A DNA stretch of 64,000 nucleotides from Synergistaceae bacterium UBA5827 (GCA_002432945.1 DJHE01000019.1:101928-165927); one strand, 5' to 3'; positions 9,761-20,583 are shown, numbered from the stretch's first letter. Made by a program: numbers and translations. The notes: generated from the sequence alone by a model not told the origin.

Positions 9761-10444
9761 TCAAGGCAATTCCTTTGCGATCAGGGTGTCTCCCTCCACT
9801 GCGAAAAGAACGCTCTTCCCGTACCAGGGAGACGCACTGTCAAAAGTGCTGAAGAGGCGGCCGATCCTGACCTGTGTCGCTTCGAAGGACTTGGCGATGA
9901 CCCTGGAGGAAATGTTGCCTTCCGCCCCAGCGTGAACCAATCCCTGCAGCCTGCCCCAAACGACGATGTTCCCTGCCGAAACGATTTCGGCCCCATCGTT
10001 CACGTGTCCGACGACGAAGACATCACCGGGGTGCTCCACTTTCTGCCCCGACCTTAGAGACCTCTCCACGAGAAGCGTCTGGAAAGACCTGGCGGCCCTC
10101 ATTTCGGGCACCGGAGCCATGGGCTCTCCTACCGCAAGTCCTGCCGATCTAAGCAACTTCAGTCCCTCGTTGTCGAAGCTCACCCATGATAGGAGGTTCA
10201 GCCCGTGTTTCCAAACCACGTCGGTCAGCAGCCGTCCGATAAAAGCACTGGAGATCGGCCTTCCCTGGAGGTCCAGAACGACACGGCCGCCTTCCAGGAG
10301 GTGACGAGCTCCTTCGACCGTTTTTTCCAGCCCGGACCAGACGTCGGAATCGGGGATCCCTTCAGGAACGACAAGGCGAAGATGGCCTGCGCCCCCTTTT
10401 AAGGTGACAGCAGCCTTTTCCCTTTCGACTTCCATCTCCTCCAC
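9761..10444 (-). CDS. minC: septum site-determining protein MinC
   Basis: 227-aa ORF with a C-terminal beta-helix region (GNIVVWGRLQGLVHAG), located upstream of minD. Confidence 0.85.
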   Translation of the reverse strand: MEEMEVEREKAAVTLKGGAGHLRLVVPEGIPDSDVWSGLEKTVEGARHLLEGGRVVLDLQGRPISSAFIGRLLTDVVWKHGLNLLSWVSFDNEGLKLLRSAGLAVGEPMAPVPEMRAARSFQTLLVERSLRSGQKVEHPGDVFVVGHVNDGAEIVSAGNIVVWGRLQGLVHAGAEGNISSRVIAKSFEATQVRIGRLFSTFDSASPWYGKSVLFAVEGDTLIAKELP

Positions 10445-10453
10445 ACCCCTCTT

Positions 10454-12193
10454 TCAGCGCTCGACACCCACTAGGTAAGCCAAAACCTGTCCGACAAGGG
10501 GAGCGGCTACCGAGCTCCCATGTCCGCCTCCCTCGACCAGCGCGACCGCAACGTATCGAGGGTTATCTGAAGGAGCATACCCCACAAACCAGGCGTGGTC
10601 ATCCCCATGTGGATTTTGAGCCGTGCCCGTCTTGCCTGTAACGGTCACCCCGTAAACACCTGAAGCCCTGCCTGTCCCCGATTTGACGACTTCCTCCATC
10701 CCCTTCCGAACCCAGCCAAGGGCTTCCCTGGGAAGGTGGAGATCGGTCCCCTGGGGATGTTCACTCGCCGAAAGATGCGGAACGACGAGGGTCCCTCCGT
10801 TGGCGAGGGCAGCATAAACCCGGGCCAGTTGCAACGGGGTCATGAGAAGGAATCCCTGGCCGATGGAATAGTTGACCGTATCCCCATGGAACCAGGACTC
10901 GGAAAAACGTCTTTTCTTCCACTCCCGTCCTGCAAGGTTTCCGCGGGCTTCACCAGGAAGGTCGATCCCCGTCACCTGCCCCACTCCCAGGCGGCCGGAC
11001 CACTCGAGCAGTCGATCAGCCCCAAGCCAGAGCCCAACCTGGTAGAAGTATACATCACAAGAATCCTTAAGAGCCGACACAAGGCTCACTGTGCCATGTC
11101 CGCCCCGCTTCCAGCAGCGAAAAACCCGGTTCCCGACCTTTAGCTGGCCCGGGCAATGAACTGTCGTGTGCGGGGTCACAACTTTCTCCACAAGTGCGGC
11201 CAATGCGGGCACAGCCTTGAACGTCGACCCGGGCGGGTAGGCTCCGCTGATCGCCCTGTTCATCATCGGCCGGTCCGGATCCTTTAGCAGGCGCCCCCAT
11301 TCCCCGGCTGATACCCCCCAGGTAAGGGGATTCGGGTCATAGGAGGGTGCCGAATAGAGCACCTTGACTGCCCCGTCCTTTACATCCATGGCAACGATGA
11401 CACCTTTCTTGCCTCCGAGGAGTTGCTGTGCCTCCCTCTGGGCACCCAGGTCAAGGGTTAGCCTAAGGTCCTGCCCCTTGGTTGGAGGAATCCGGCTCAA
11501 ACTCCGCCGTCTCCTGCCCACCGCATCCACCTCGACCGCTTCCTCCGCTGCCATCCCTCTCAGGGTCCCCTCGTGCACGAGTTCGACTCCCGTTTTTCCG
11601 ATCAGGTCTCCCACCATGTATTTCTCCTCGGCACGGGACAAAATTTCATCCTTGGTAACTTCACCGACATATCCTATGACATGGGCGGTCAGGGCGCCGG
11701 CTGGATACACTCTTCGGAAAACAGGCGTCGGGGAAAGGAATTTCGGGAAAAAAGGGTCCGAAACGAGGCTTGCAACCTGCCCAAGAGTCAGGTTGGATGC
11801 AACGGTAACAGGTCGGTACGGGGCCCAGTATTGTTTTCGTATGCTTTCCCCTAGCCCTTCCGCTGTCGCAGGGATCCCCTGCTTCTGTAGAACAGCTGCG
11901 ACTTCGCCGAGGACCTTGGCTTCTTTCAGGTCCGGAGGATAGCCAACGATGTCAAAGGTCCGTACGCTAACGGCCAAGGGAGCTCCATGGATATCCGTGA
12001 CTTCCCCTCGGGGACTTGAAGTCCTGATGACGCGAATCTTGTTCTGCGTCGAAAGGAAAGAGTAGTGTTCCCCCCTCAAAACCTGGAAGAAAAGGAGGGA
12101 CAAGGCAAGCCCCAGAAGGGAATAGGCCATGAAGACACGAAGGTGGCTCAAGCGTAGGTTTAGCTGGGAGCGGCGTCCTATTTCTCTAGTCAT
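10454..12193 (-). CDS. mrdA: penicillin-binding protein 2 (elongation transpeptidase)
   Basis: 579-aa ORF with N-terminal TM segment, STFK active-site motif and KTGTAQ motif. Sits between mreD and minC. Confidence 0.9.
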   Translation of the reverse strand: MTREIGRRSQLNLRLSHLRVFMAYSLLGLALSLLFFQVLRGEHYSFLSTQNKIRVIRTSSPRGEVTDIHGAPLAVSVRTFDIVGYPPDLKEAKVLGEVAAVLQKQGIPATAEGLGESIRKQYWAPYRPVTVASNLTLGQVASLVSDPFFPKFLSPTPVFRRVYPAGALTAHVIGYVGEVTKDEILSRAEEKYMVGDLIGKTGVELVHEGTLRGMAAEEAVEVDAVGRRRRSLSRIPPTKGQDLRLTLDLGAQREAQQLLGGKKGVIVAMDVKDGAVKVLYSAPSYDPNPLTWGVSAGEWGRLLKDPDRPMMNRAISGAYPPGSTFKAVPALAALVEKVVTPHTTVHCPGQLKVGNRVFRCWKRGGHGTVSLVSALKDSCDVYFYQVGLWLGADRLLEWSGRLGVGQVTGIDLPGEARGNLAGREWKKRRFSESWFHGDTVNYSIGQGFLLMTPLQLARVYAALANGGTLVVPHLSASEHPQGTDLHLPREALGWVRKGMEEVVKSGTGRASGVYGVTVTGKTGTAQNPHGDDHAWFVGYAPSDNPRYVAVALVEGGGHGSSVAAPLVGQVLAYLVGVER

Positions 12194-12647
12194 GGCGTGT
12201 TCGGCCTTGGCGGATGAACAGGGCGGTCAAACCGAGGACACAGGCAAGGGCCATCCCCTGCTGGGAAACGAGCGGGGAATGCAACCCCAAACCATGCCCG
12301 GAAAGCAGGGCTGGAAGGAAAGATGAGAACCCATGGGCGGCAATTGCCCAGACGAAAAAGAGGATAGGGTTGCCTCTACGGCCAGGGGGAATATGCGACC
12401 AGGCCCAAGCGCTGCCAGCGACTAAAAGGATATAGGCACTCGAGGTCACCCCCGGAAGCGCTGTCCATCTCAAGTCCCAAAATAGGCCCGTAGCAAAAGC
12501 CGGGATGAATAGCGGCGTCGCGTCCTCGCATCGGAAAACCGCGATCCAGACCAGGGCAAGAACAGTAAAATCCGGAACAATGGCCGTGCCGGAAAAAACG
12601 ACCTGAAGGAGGTCCCGGGCAAGGAGAGAAAACCAAACAATAGCCAT
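12186..12647 (-). CDS. mreD: rod shape-determining protein MreD
   Basis: 153-aa highly hydrophobic ORF immediately after mreC (1-nt overlap). Called on position and composition. Confidence 0.75.
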   Translation of the reverse strand: MAIVWFSLLARDLLQVVFSGTAIVPDFTVLALVWIAVFRCEDATPLFIPAFATGLFWDLRWTALPGVTSSAYILLVAGSAWAWSHIPPGRRGNPILFFVWAIAAHGFSSFLPALLSGHGLGLHSPLVSQQGMALACVLGLTALFIRQGRTRHD

Positions 12648-13417
12648 TACGGTTTCCCCCCTGAGATCACCTTGACCTTGTAAAGCCTTGAAAGATCCGC
12701 ATTGAGGCTCAGCTTGTAAATGCGGTACCCGCCTATCTCCGACCCGATTCCTGAAACTATGCCAATAGGGATACCAGGCGGCAATTGCTCTGAAACGAGA
12801 GCTGTGCTGAGATTCATCCCTATCCTGAGATTCTTTTCCGCAGGAACGTAGAGCAACCAGACGTTACCGTCCCCTTCCCCGTTCAGGACCCCAAGATCCC
12901 TGGTTTCCTCAACCACGACTGGGATGTAAAGGGATGGGGAAGTCAAAAGCTCGATCCACGCCGAATTTGATTCGACCCTAGAGACCTTCCCTACCAGGGC
13001 ACCGTCCTGTGTTGCCCCCATGCCGGGTCGGATCCCGTCCTTGAATCCCCTGTCTATCCGGACTTCGGACCACCATGCAGCCGATGACCTCAATGTAACG
13101 TGCCCTTCCTGGACTCCCGGCCCTGAGCCGAAATTGATGGTTGTCTGGAGAAGTCCGCGCAAGGAAAGGTTTTCTTTTTCGAGACGATCGATCCTTTCAC
13201 GCAAAGCCCTTTCCCCCGCGGCGAGATCAACCGTCCTGGCAACTGCGTTTCTTAGAATCCTGGCGGGCCACTCGGGTACTCTCATGACCAGACCGGTCAG
13301 GTCCATTGCCTTGTCTACAAGAAGCGACCCCGGGGAAACGGCCGCAAGAAGCAGGCTAAGGGAAAGCGTTCCCAGGAAAAAAATCCAGTACCGCGTCCCG
13401 GTACGCCCCATCGCCAA
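12647..13417 (-). CDS. mreC: rod shape-determining protein MreC
   Basis: 256-aa ORF with N-terminal TM segment, a coiled-coil stretch (LRERIDRLEKENLSLRGLL), then a beta-rich domain. Follows mreB. Confidence 0.85.
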   Translation of the reverse strand: MAMGRTGTRYWIFFLGTLSLSLLLAAVSPGSLLVDKAMDLTGLVMRVPEWPARILRNAVARTVDLAAGERALRERIDRLEKENLSLRGLLQTTINFGSGPGVQEGHVTLRSSAAWWSEVRIDRGFKDGIRPGMGATQDGALVGKVSRVESNSAWIELLTSPSLYIPVVVEETRDLGVLNGEGDGNVWLLYVPAEKNLRIGMNLSTALVSEQLPPGIPIGIVSGIGSEIGGYRIYKLSLNADLSRLYKVKVISGGKP

Positions 13418-13427
13418 CCTCCCCGGC

Positions 13428-14483
13428 CTAAAGGGAACCCCGTTCGACCGTACTCATGACCGGGCGCTTGGAATCCAGGTCTTCAAGGACCTTGGCCAAT
13501 CCGTAGGAGACGGCAATGAGAGGATCGTCAGCGACAAAAACAGGGACATTGAGAGCCTGCGACAGGCGTTGGCTCAATCCCCGCAAAAGCGCTCCTCCCC
13601 CTGCGAGGACAAGTCCTTGTTCATAGATATCCTTGACCAGTTCCGGGGGAGTCAGCTCAAGGGTTTCCCTGATGGTGTCCTCGATCTTCTCGACGACAGG
13701 TTCGATAGCTTCCCGCACCTGTACGGATGAAAGCGTAACGGACCGGGGCAAGCCGTCGGTGAGATCCCTTCCCTTGACCTCCATCCGGAGTTCCTCGTCA
13801 AGGGGGACGACACTCCCGAGGTCGCACTTGATTTGTTCCGCTGTCGCATCTCCGATGGCAAGCTTATGGTTCAGGCGCATCATGTTCACGATCGCGCTGT
13901 CGATCTCATCCCCGGCCCCTCTAATGGACTTGCTCACCACGATTCCGCCCATTGAAAGGACCGCAACCTCGCAGGTTCCACCCCCGATATCGACGACCAT
14001 GTTCCCGCGCGGTTCATGGATGGGAAGGCAGGCTCCCAAGGCGGCCGCAAGGGGCTCCTCTACCACGTAGGCTTCCCGGGCACCCGCGGAAAGGGTCGCG
14101 TCAACAACCGCCCGGCGTTCAACTTCGGTGACACAGGCCGGAACCGATACGACAACTCTGGGACGCGAAAAGAATCCCCTGCGGTCATCCGCCAGGCGGA
14201 CAAAATGGGAAATCATCGCCTCCGTCATGTCGAAATCTGATATGACACCCTCCCTCATCGGCTTTACCGTTTCGATTCCTGCCGGCGTTTTTCCGACCAT
14301 GGCCTTGGCCTGCTTTCCAACAGCCAGTATCTCCTTCCGGCCACCCCGGACCGATTTACGGACGGCAATGACCGAGGGCTCGTTGATGACGATCCCTTTC
14401 CCCTTCACATAGACGACGACATTTACCGTACCCAGGTCGATCCCGATATCACTGCCAAAAAATCCTGAAAATAAACGAAACAA
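13428..14483 (-). CDS. mreB: rod shape-determining actin homologue MreB
   Basis: 351-aa ORF with IGIDLGTVNVVVY phosphate-1 motif and DIGGGTCEVAV motif. Confidence 0.95.
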   Translation of the reverse strand: MFRLFSGFFGSDIGIDLGTVNVVVYVKGKGIVINEPSVIAVRKSVRGGRKEILAVGKQAKAMVGKTPAGIETVKPMREGVISDFDMTEAMISHFVRLADDRRGFFSRPRVVVSVPACVTEVERRAVVDATLSAGAREAYVVEEPLAAALGACLPIHEPRGNMVVDIGGGTCEVAVLSMGGIVVSKSIRGAGDEIDSAIVNMMRLNHKLAIGDATAEQIKCDLGSVVPLDEELRMEVKGRDLTDGLPRSVTLSSVQVREAIEPVVEKIEDTIRETLELTPPELVKDIYEQGLVLAGGGALLRGLSQRLSQALNVPVFVADDPLIAVSYGLAKVLEDLDSKRPVMSTVERGSL

Positions 14484-14505
14484 GGCTTCCCCCCGCTTTC
14501 ATGGT

Positions 14506-15165
14506 TCAATGGACGCCCACCTGGCGGGAACTCCCGCCAGCGACGACGAAATGACCGACCAATTCTATACCCAGCAGCTTCAGCTGCCTTGAAACCGACG
14601 CTGTTAGGGAACGATCCTCATCGCTCGGCTTCGGGTTCCCGTCAGGATGATTGTGGATAAGCACGACTCCCGCCGCACCAATGCGAACGGCCCTGCGGCA
14701 GAGGTAGGGAGCATCCAGGAATGCCCCATCCAGGCCCCCGAAAGAGACTTTCTCCGAACCCAGGAGACGTCCTTCGCGATCGGTGAAAAGAGCCAGGATG
14801 AATTCTCGCTCTTCCCGGATCATTGATTTTTCAAGGCTCTTTAGGGTCGATTGCCAAGAAACCCCTTCGTTTTCCTTGCCGTCACACCAGCTACGCCTTC
14901 CCAGCTCGATCGCCGCAATGAGTGTCGCCGCTTTGGCCGAACCAAGTCCGGAAAATCCGCATAGTTCCGTAGCCGTTGTCTTGGCCAGCGCGCGCTCGTC
15001 AGGATATTCCTTGAGGAGGCTCGCAGCAAGGGCCATCACGTCAGTGCCCTTTTGTCCCGTCCTAAGGAGGACAGCAAGCAGTTCCTGGAGGGATAACGAT
15101 CCGGGACCCATCCGGAGAAGCCTTTCCCTTGGCCGCTCCCCCAATGGCAGGTTCGAAAGACTCAT
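14506..15165 (-). CDS. radC: RadC-family JAMM-motif protein
   Basis: 219-aa ORF with HNHPDGNPKPSDED JAMM motif and an N-terminal HhH-like region. Classic position upstream of mreB. Confidence 0.9.
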   Translation of the reverse strand: MSLSNLPLGERPRERLLRMGPGSLSLQELLAVLLRTGQKGTDVMALAASLLKEYPDERALAKTTATELCGFSGLGSAKAATLIAAIELGRRSWCDGKENEGVSWQSTLKSLEKSMIREEREFILALFTDREGRLLGSEKVSFGGLDGAFLDAPYLCRRAVRIGAAGVVLIHNHPDGNPKPSDEDRSLTASVSRQLKLLGIELVGHFVVAGGSSRQVGVH

Positions 15166-15788
15166 GGCCAGTAAGGGTTTTCCTTCTTCTCTCGGCCGAG
15201 GTTCGTTTCCGGCCCATGCCCCGGCAAAACCGGCAGGGTATCCGCTAAGGCAGCCAGTTTCACAAGGGAAGACTTCAACTCCGTTTCGCTCCCCCCGGGA
15301 AGATCAGTCCGGCCAACGCTCCTGGCGAAAAGGGTGTCTCCCGAAACCAGGAGTTCCTTTGCCCCGTCTCTTAAAAGAAAACAAGAACTGCCTGCCGTAT
15401 GCCCGGGCGTGTGGATGACCCGAACCTCTATACTGCCGGCCCAAAATATTTCCCCATCTTCCAGGACTTTATCTGCCGCGCCCGACTTAACCGGTGATCC
15501 CATCCAGCGCGACAGGTTCTCCTCTGGGCTTGTCAGCATCGTCGCATCCGCGTGATGGATGGCTACGCCCTTCCTCGACCTTTTCCGGGCTTCATCAAGC
15601 CCCCCAATATGATCTCCATGCCCGTGGGTCAGGAGTATCCACTCGATTTCAAGGCCTTTTTCTTCCGCAAAACCGAGGGCTTCGGATGGATCTCCGCCGG
15701 GGTCAACCAGGACCGCCACCCCTTCGGCATCCCATAGGAGGTAGGCGTTTGTCCAAAGGGCCCCCATGGCAAAACGTCGGTATTCCAT
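15162..15788 (-). CDS. MBL-fold metallo-hydrolase (glyoxalase II-like)
   Basis: 208-aa ORF with THGHGDH metal-binding motif and a later HTPGHT motif. Confidence 0.8.
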   Translation of the reverse strand: MEYRRFAMGALWTNAYLLWDAEGVAVLVDPGGDPSEALGFAEEKGLEIEWILLTHGHGDHIGGLDEARKRSRKGVAIHHADATMLTSPEENLSRWMGSPVKSGAADKVLEDGEIFWAGSIEVRVIHTPGHTAGSSCFLLRDGAKELLVSGDTLFARSVGRTDLPGGSETELKSSLVKLAALADTLPVLPGHGPETNLGREKKENPYWP

Positions 15789-15792
15789 CGTC

Positions 15793-16242
15793 CTAGAAAA
15801 CTCCCTTGCTGTCGAGGATAAGCGTCACAGGACCATCGTTGCAAAGCGAGACCTGCATCATCGCCTGGAAAACACCTGTCTGGACGGGAAGTCCCGCTGT
15901 TTTCAAAGCGAGAACGAGGTCATCGTAAAGGCGTTCCGCCTGCCCCGGGGGAGCCGCCGAGGTAAAGGAGGGGCGGCGACCTTTCCTGGCATCCCCGTAG
16001 AGAGTGAACTGGGAAACCAGCAGGATCCCCCCTCCAATATCCCTTACAGAGCGGTTCATCTTTCCGTTTTCATCCTCAAAGACACGCAAGTTGGCCAATT
16101 TTTCCGCCATCCAGGCCACGTCATTCGCGCGATCCTCATGGGTCACTCCTATCAGGACACACAATCCGGCATCAATCTGTCCGGTCAACTGCCCATCAAC
16201 CTGGACCCTGGACCAGGAGACCCTCTGTACAACCGCCCTCAA
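15793..16242 (-). CDS. dtd: D-aminoacyl-tRNA deacylase
   Basis: 149-aa ORF starting MRAVVQRV, with [17 protein letters not shown] motif. Lies downstream of relA as in Bacillota. Confidence 0.95.
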   Translation of the reverse strand: MRAVVQRVSWSRVQVDGQLTGQIDAGLCVLIGVTHEDRANDVAWMAEKLANLRVFEDENGKMNRSVRDIGGGILLVSQFTLYGDARKGRRPSFTSAAPPGQAERLYDDLVLALKTAGLPVQTGVFQAMMQVSLCNDGPVTLILDSKGVF

Positions 16243-16248
16243 GTGACC

Positions 16249-18537
16249 TCACCCCCGGAACACTTCGATAATACCATTCAGTGTATTAAGCTTCGCCATG
16301 ATCCTGTAGAGGTGTTCGACGTCCTTCACCCTGATCTCTATGGTCATCCTCGCCCGGTTGGCGGCGATTACGCTGGCCTTGACCCCGACGATATTCCCGT
16401 CAAGGGATGTGATCGCCTGTGAAACATCGGAGAAAAGTCCCGAGCGATCCATCCCTTCGACCTTGAGTCGTGCAGTGTAGCGATCGGAGATCATCCTGCC
16501 CCATTCAACCGTTACTGCCCTTTCGGACTTGGCTTCCTCCACGTTGCGGCAGTCGGAGCGGTGGATCGTGATCCCTCGCGTACGGGTCACGTAGCCGACG
16601 ATCGCGTCTCCCGGGACGGGACAACAGCAGTTCGCCAGGGAAACGAGGACACCACCTGCGCCTTCGACGACGATCTCCGTATCAAATTCCTTGCGGGTCA
16701 TTGCAGGAGTCGTTGCAGTCGTCGCAGTTTCAATATGGGGCTCAGCCTGTGGCGCGGATCGGTTTTCCAGAATTTTCATAACAACGGTCGAGGCACTCTG
16801 GCTATTCGCCCCCACCGCGACGATAACGTCTTCTCCGCTCGAGTAACCCAGTTCGTGGGCAACCCGGTTCAGTGCACCCGACATCGCCGGTGCACTCCAC
16901 TCGAGTCCCGTATCCCTGCGGCGCAGTTCCCTCTCAAGTAGCTCGCGCCCCTTCAGGATACGTTCTTCCCGCTCTGTTCTTTCGATCTGCCTGAAATAGC
17001 CCCGAATCTTGGATCGAGCCTTACTGCTCCTGGCAATCTTGAGCCAATCCCGCGACGGTTTACCCTGCGGGGAAGTCAGGATCCGGACGATCTCCCCGTT
17101 CTGTATCTCGTAGTCGATAGGGACAATCTTCCCGTTCACCATTGCACCGACATACTTATTGCCCACCTCGGTATGGATCAGGTAGGCAAAATCAAGCGGG
17201 GTGGATCCCGTGGGGAGCGAGACAACGTCGCCGTTCGGCGTGAAGGCGAAGACCTCTGATGTCAGGACGTCCCCTTTCAGGTTTTCCATGAACTCCGAGG
17301 GACTTTCCCCCTGTCCCTCCAGGGCCTGGCGGACCCAGGCCAGGCGCTGGTCCATCTCGTTGAGCCTGGTACCCGGTTCCTTGTAATGCCAATGAGCCGC
17401 AATTCCGTATTCTGCCAGCCAGTGCATCTCCCTCGTCCGTATCTGGATTTCGAGAGGCTCCCCGCTCGGCCCGATTACGGTAGTGTGAAGGGATTGGTAC
17501 ATATTGTTCTTGGGGTTGGCCACATAGTCATCGAACTGGCCCGGGATCGGTTTCCAGATCGTATGGACGATTCCCAGTACCGAATAGCATTCCGCAACCG
17601 TTCCGACGATGACCCTCAGAGCCAGGAGATCATAAAGCTGCTCAAGGGAGAGATTCTTGCGCTGCATCTTTTCGTAGATGCTGAAAAAATGCTTGGCGCG
17701 CCCGGTGATGGAAACATCTATCCCGATCTCTTTCATTTTTTGGTTCAGGACGTCGATGGCCTGCTTGATGATCTGTTCCCGTTCAGGGAGCTTCTTCCTG
17801 ACCCTTCTTCGAATTTCGTAGAACATCTCCGGATCGAGGACCTTGAACGAAAGGTCTTCAAGGTCTCTCTTCATCTGGTAGATACCCAGCCGGTGTGCCA
17901 GCGGCGCGTATATTTCCACGGTTTCCTTGGCAATCCGGACCTGCTTGTCTCTGCGCAAGGTCTGTATCGTCCTCATATTGTGCAGGCGATCGGCAAGCTT
18001 GATGAGGACAACCCGGATATCTTTAGCCATGACAAGGAACATTTTCCTGAGATTCTGGGCCTGGTAATCCTCGAAGGAGTTGAATGGCAGCTTGCCCAGC
18101 TTCGTCACTCCGTCCACCATGACGAGGACGTTTTCCCCAAAGGCGTTGCTAATGGTCTCTCCGGTAAGGTCGGTGTCCTCGAGGACGTCGTGCAGGAGCG
18201 CTGCTGTTAGCGTATCGATGTCCAGTTCCATGTCCGCGAGGATCGAAGCCACGGAAATCGTATGAACGATATAGGGTTCGCCCGAAGATCGCTTCTGCTG
18301 CTCGTGCCCGACCGAGGCCATGACCATCGCCTCACCAAGCCTGCCTAGCTCTTCCCTGGAGAGATACCGGGACACTTTCCCCCAGAGTTCCTGCCATGCC
18401 AGCTTGACTGGTGCAACGCGCTGGGATTCACCGATCCGCCCAAGGAAGCTGTCTCTCAGGAGACGCAGGGATTTGCCCCCCTCATGGGAGACGGTTTCCG
18501 GCAACTTTGGCATTGCGCGGCTCTCAGGCTCATCCAT
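16249..18537 (-). CDS. relA: bifunctional (p)ppGpp synthetase/hydrolase RelA/SpoT (Rel)
   Basis: 762-aa ORF with HD hydrolase domain (HDVLEDT), synthetase domain, TGS domain and C-terminal ACT domain. Confidence 0.95.
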   Translation of the reverse strand: MDEPESRAMPKLPETVSHEGGKSLRLLRDSFLGRIGESQRVAPVKLAWQELWGKVSRYLSREELGRLGEAMVMASVGHEQQKRSSGEPYIVHTISVASILADMELDIDTLTAALLHDVLEDTDLTGETISNAFGENVLVMVDGVTKLGKLPFNSFEDYQAQNLRKMFLVMAKDIRVVLIKLADRLHNMRTIQTLRRDKQVRIAKETVEIYAPLAHRLGIYQMKRDLEDLSFKVLDPEMFYEIRRRVRKKLPEREQIIKQAIDVLNQKMKEIGIDVSITGRAKHFFSIYEKMQRKNLSLEQLYDLLALRVIVGTVAECYSVLGIVHTIWKPIPGQFDDYVANPKNNMYQSLHTTVIGPSGEPLEIQIRTREMHWLAEYGIAAHWHYKEPGTRLNEMDQRLAWVRQALEGQGESPSEFMENLKGDVLTSEVFAFTPNGDVVSLPTGSTPLDFAYLIHTEVGNKYVGAMVNGKIVPIDYEIQNGEIVRILTSPQGKPSRDWLKIARSSKARSKIRGYFRQIERTEREERILKGRELLERELRRRDTGLEWSAPAMSGALNRVAHELGYSSGEDVIVAVGANSQSASTVVMKILENRSAPQAEPHIETATTATTPAMTRKEFDTEIVVEGAGGVLVSLANCCCPVPGDAIVGYVTRTRGITIHRSDCRNVEEAKSERAVTVEWGRMISDRYTARLKVEGMDRSGLFSDVSQAITSLDGNIVGVKASVIAANRARMTIEIRVKDVEHLYRIMAKLNTLNGIIEVFRG

Positions 18538-18550
18538 GCGGGGTCACCTC

Positions 18551-20224
18551 CTAACCGGGAGCTTTTGATAATACCGGTTTTTCCAGGAAAAGTTCGACAC
18601 GCGGCCGCCCTCTCCAGAAACTCTTCCGCGCCCGATAGACCCATCCCTCGATCGAATCCGAATCCTTCAACAAATCGGGGGAGCGGAAAGCTACAATGTA
18701 AGCGTTTCCTGCCTCGATCCGCATGTGCTGGGCCGTTTTTCCAAGAACACATATCCGATCTGTTCCCTTATGGTCCACGTAAAAAAGCGGGGTGGGATTA
18801 CCCATTCCAAAAGGCCCCAATTTTTCAATTTCTTTGAGGCTTCCCAGGGTTAGGTCTGCAGGATGGAGATCCACGACGTCGACTGAATCTTCCTCGGGAA
18901 TCTCAAGCCCGGAAAGAACAACCTCGAGAGTGTCCCTGACCATGGGCCATTGCTCCCGGTTTACGCTGAAACCAGCCGCCTGGCGATGGCCGCCCCACTC
19001 ATTGAGGGATGCGGAAAGCCCCTTCAAAACGGAAACGGCATCTCCTCCCTTTGGCACCCTCAACGTTCCGCGGACCATTCCGGAGCCTACCGGTGCAGCC
19101 AGGGCAACAGGCCGCCCGATTTCGCTGCAAATTCGGCTTGCAACTCCGCTCAGGACCCCGACAGGCCAATCATCCTTGCCTGCTACGCAGCACCTCTTCC
19201 CTTGGAAAAGAACGGATGCCTCTTCCATGATTTTTGCCGTGAGTCCCTGCCTTTTCCTGTTCAAGGCAACCAAATCATCGACGGTCTTTTCCACGGGGGG
19301 CTCCGAAGAGAGAACCTTTACGGAAAGGTCAGCAAGTTCAAGCCTTCCCGCAGCGTTGAGGCATGGGATCAGTTTCATTGCCAGGGACTCGCTGTCCAAA
19401 CCCTGAAGATCAAGCCCAAGTCGACTTGAAAGGACATTGAGCCCGGGCTCCCGTCCCTCCCTGATTTTAGCCAGGCCCTCGCTGACCAGTGCCCGGTTTA
19501 GGAGACCGAGAGGAACGCAATCGGCCACGGTCGCAAGCGCAACAAGGCCAAGATTATCCAGGAGCCATTCCCTCTGTTCCACAGCGCTCTTCCAGGCCCA
19601 CGTCCAGAGGACTGCCGCCCCGCAGAGGCTTTTCGCTTCCTTGCCGCCCTTGAACTGCGGGTTGACAATTACGGCGCCCGAAGGAGACTCGGCATTCCCG
19701 TCCTGAGGCAAGTGGTGATCGAAAACGAGGACATCCATTCCGAGGCTCTTTGCCGTATCGATCGACAGAGAGCTGGAAGTTCCGCAGTCAACCGCGACCA
19801 GGACATCACATCCTCGCTGGGCAATCCGGCGAACGACTCGTTCATGCAAGCCGTAACCTTCCTGGTGGCGATGGGGGATGAAATAGCCTACATCTGCACT
19901 CCTTCTTGTGCAGAGCCTCGCGGCAAGGGTTGTCGCGGACACCCCATCCACGTCGTAGTCGCCGTACACCACAACCCTGGTACCCGGGCCGATACGTTCG
20001 AAAACCTTTTTCGCGATCGAAACATCGATCCCGAGGTCAAGCTCATTCAGTAGTGACGGTAGCTCGGGGGAAAGCCAGCCTCCGGACTTTTGATTCCCGG
20101 CTCCACCCCTCATCCTCAGGATCGTGGCAACCAATGGAGAGCAGCCGACCTCGCAGGCGAGGTCGGCTGAAAGATCATCAACACGCCAGTGCCGGAGGGA
20201 ACCGGGCTCAAAACCCGCAATCAC
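18551..20224 (-). CDS. recJ: single-stranded-DNA-specific exonuclease RecJ
   Basis: 557-aa ORF with DHH motifs (YGDYDVDG, VFDHHLP) and a DHHA1 region. GTG start overlaps the upstream stop (GTGA, 20221-20224). Confidence 0.9.
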   Translation of the reverse strand: MIAGFEPGSLRHWRVDDLSADLACEVGCSPLVATILRMRGGAGNQKSGGWLSPELPSLLNELDLGIDVSIAKKVFERIGPGTRVVVYGDYDVDGVSATTLAARLCTRRSADVGYFIPHRHQEGYGLHERVVRRIAQRGCDVLVAVDCGTSSSLSIDTAKSLGMDVLVFDHHLPQDGNAESPSGAVIVNPQFKGGKEAKSLCGAAVLWTWAWKSAVEQREWLLDNLGLVALATVADCVPLGLLNRALVSEGLAKIREGREPGLNVLSSRLGLDLQGLDSESLAMKLIPCLNAAGRLELADLSVKVLSSEPPVEKTVDDLVALNRKRQGLTAKIMEEASVLFQGKRCCVAGKDDWPVGVLSGVASRICSEIGRPVALAAPVGSGMVRGTLRVPKGGDAVSVLKGLSASLNEWGGHRQAAGFSVNREQWPMVRDTLEVVLSGLEIPEEDSVDVVDLHPADLTLGSLKEIEKLGPFGMGNPTPLFYVDHKGTDRICVLGKTAQHMRIEAGNAYIVAFRSPDLLKDSDSIEGWVYRARKSFWRGRPRVELFLEKPVLSKAPG

Positions 20225-20583
20225 TGCATGGCCCCGCCTTCCGGAATTCCACCCTCCACCTCCACGGGCTCGGATTGAATTCCACTTGCGACATTTGGCT
20301 TGAAAGCTTCAAGCAACTGCTGCTTCTCCTGTTCCAGGACCCGAATTCGTTCATCTTGTTCCTTTAGCTTGCGGCGCAGGGCTCCTCGTACTTCTATGAG
20401 CGAAGCAAGGGAGACAATCCACATGAGAAGACCTCCCGCTGCAAAGAGAAGGATATCCCAAAGCCCTTGGGGAAGCGTCTTTTCCCAAATGATAAAACGA
20501 ACGACCACGTCTCCCGTATTCTGGAAAGCATAGCCGGCTGCCACCAACATAGCCAGCAGGATTGCGAGGGCATAGCTTTTCAC
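20221..20583 (-). CDS. LapA/DUF1049-like small membrane protein
   Basis: ORF 20221..20619. Two TM helices then a coiled-coil tail (LKEQDERIRVLEQEKQQLLEAF). Start refined to GTG 20583 (RBS AAGGAGGG 6 nt upstream), overlapping the radical SAM stop as GTGA. Confidence 0.6.
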   Translation of the reverse strand: MKSYALAILLAMLVAAGYAFQNTGDVVVRFIIWEKTLPQGLWDILLFAAGGLLMWIVSLASLIEVRGALRRKLKEQDERIRVLEQEKQQLLEAFKPNVASGIQSEPVEVEGGIPEGGAMQ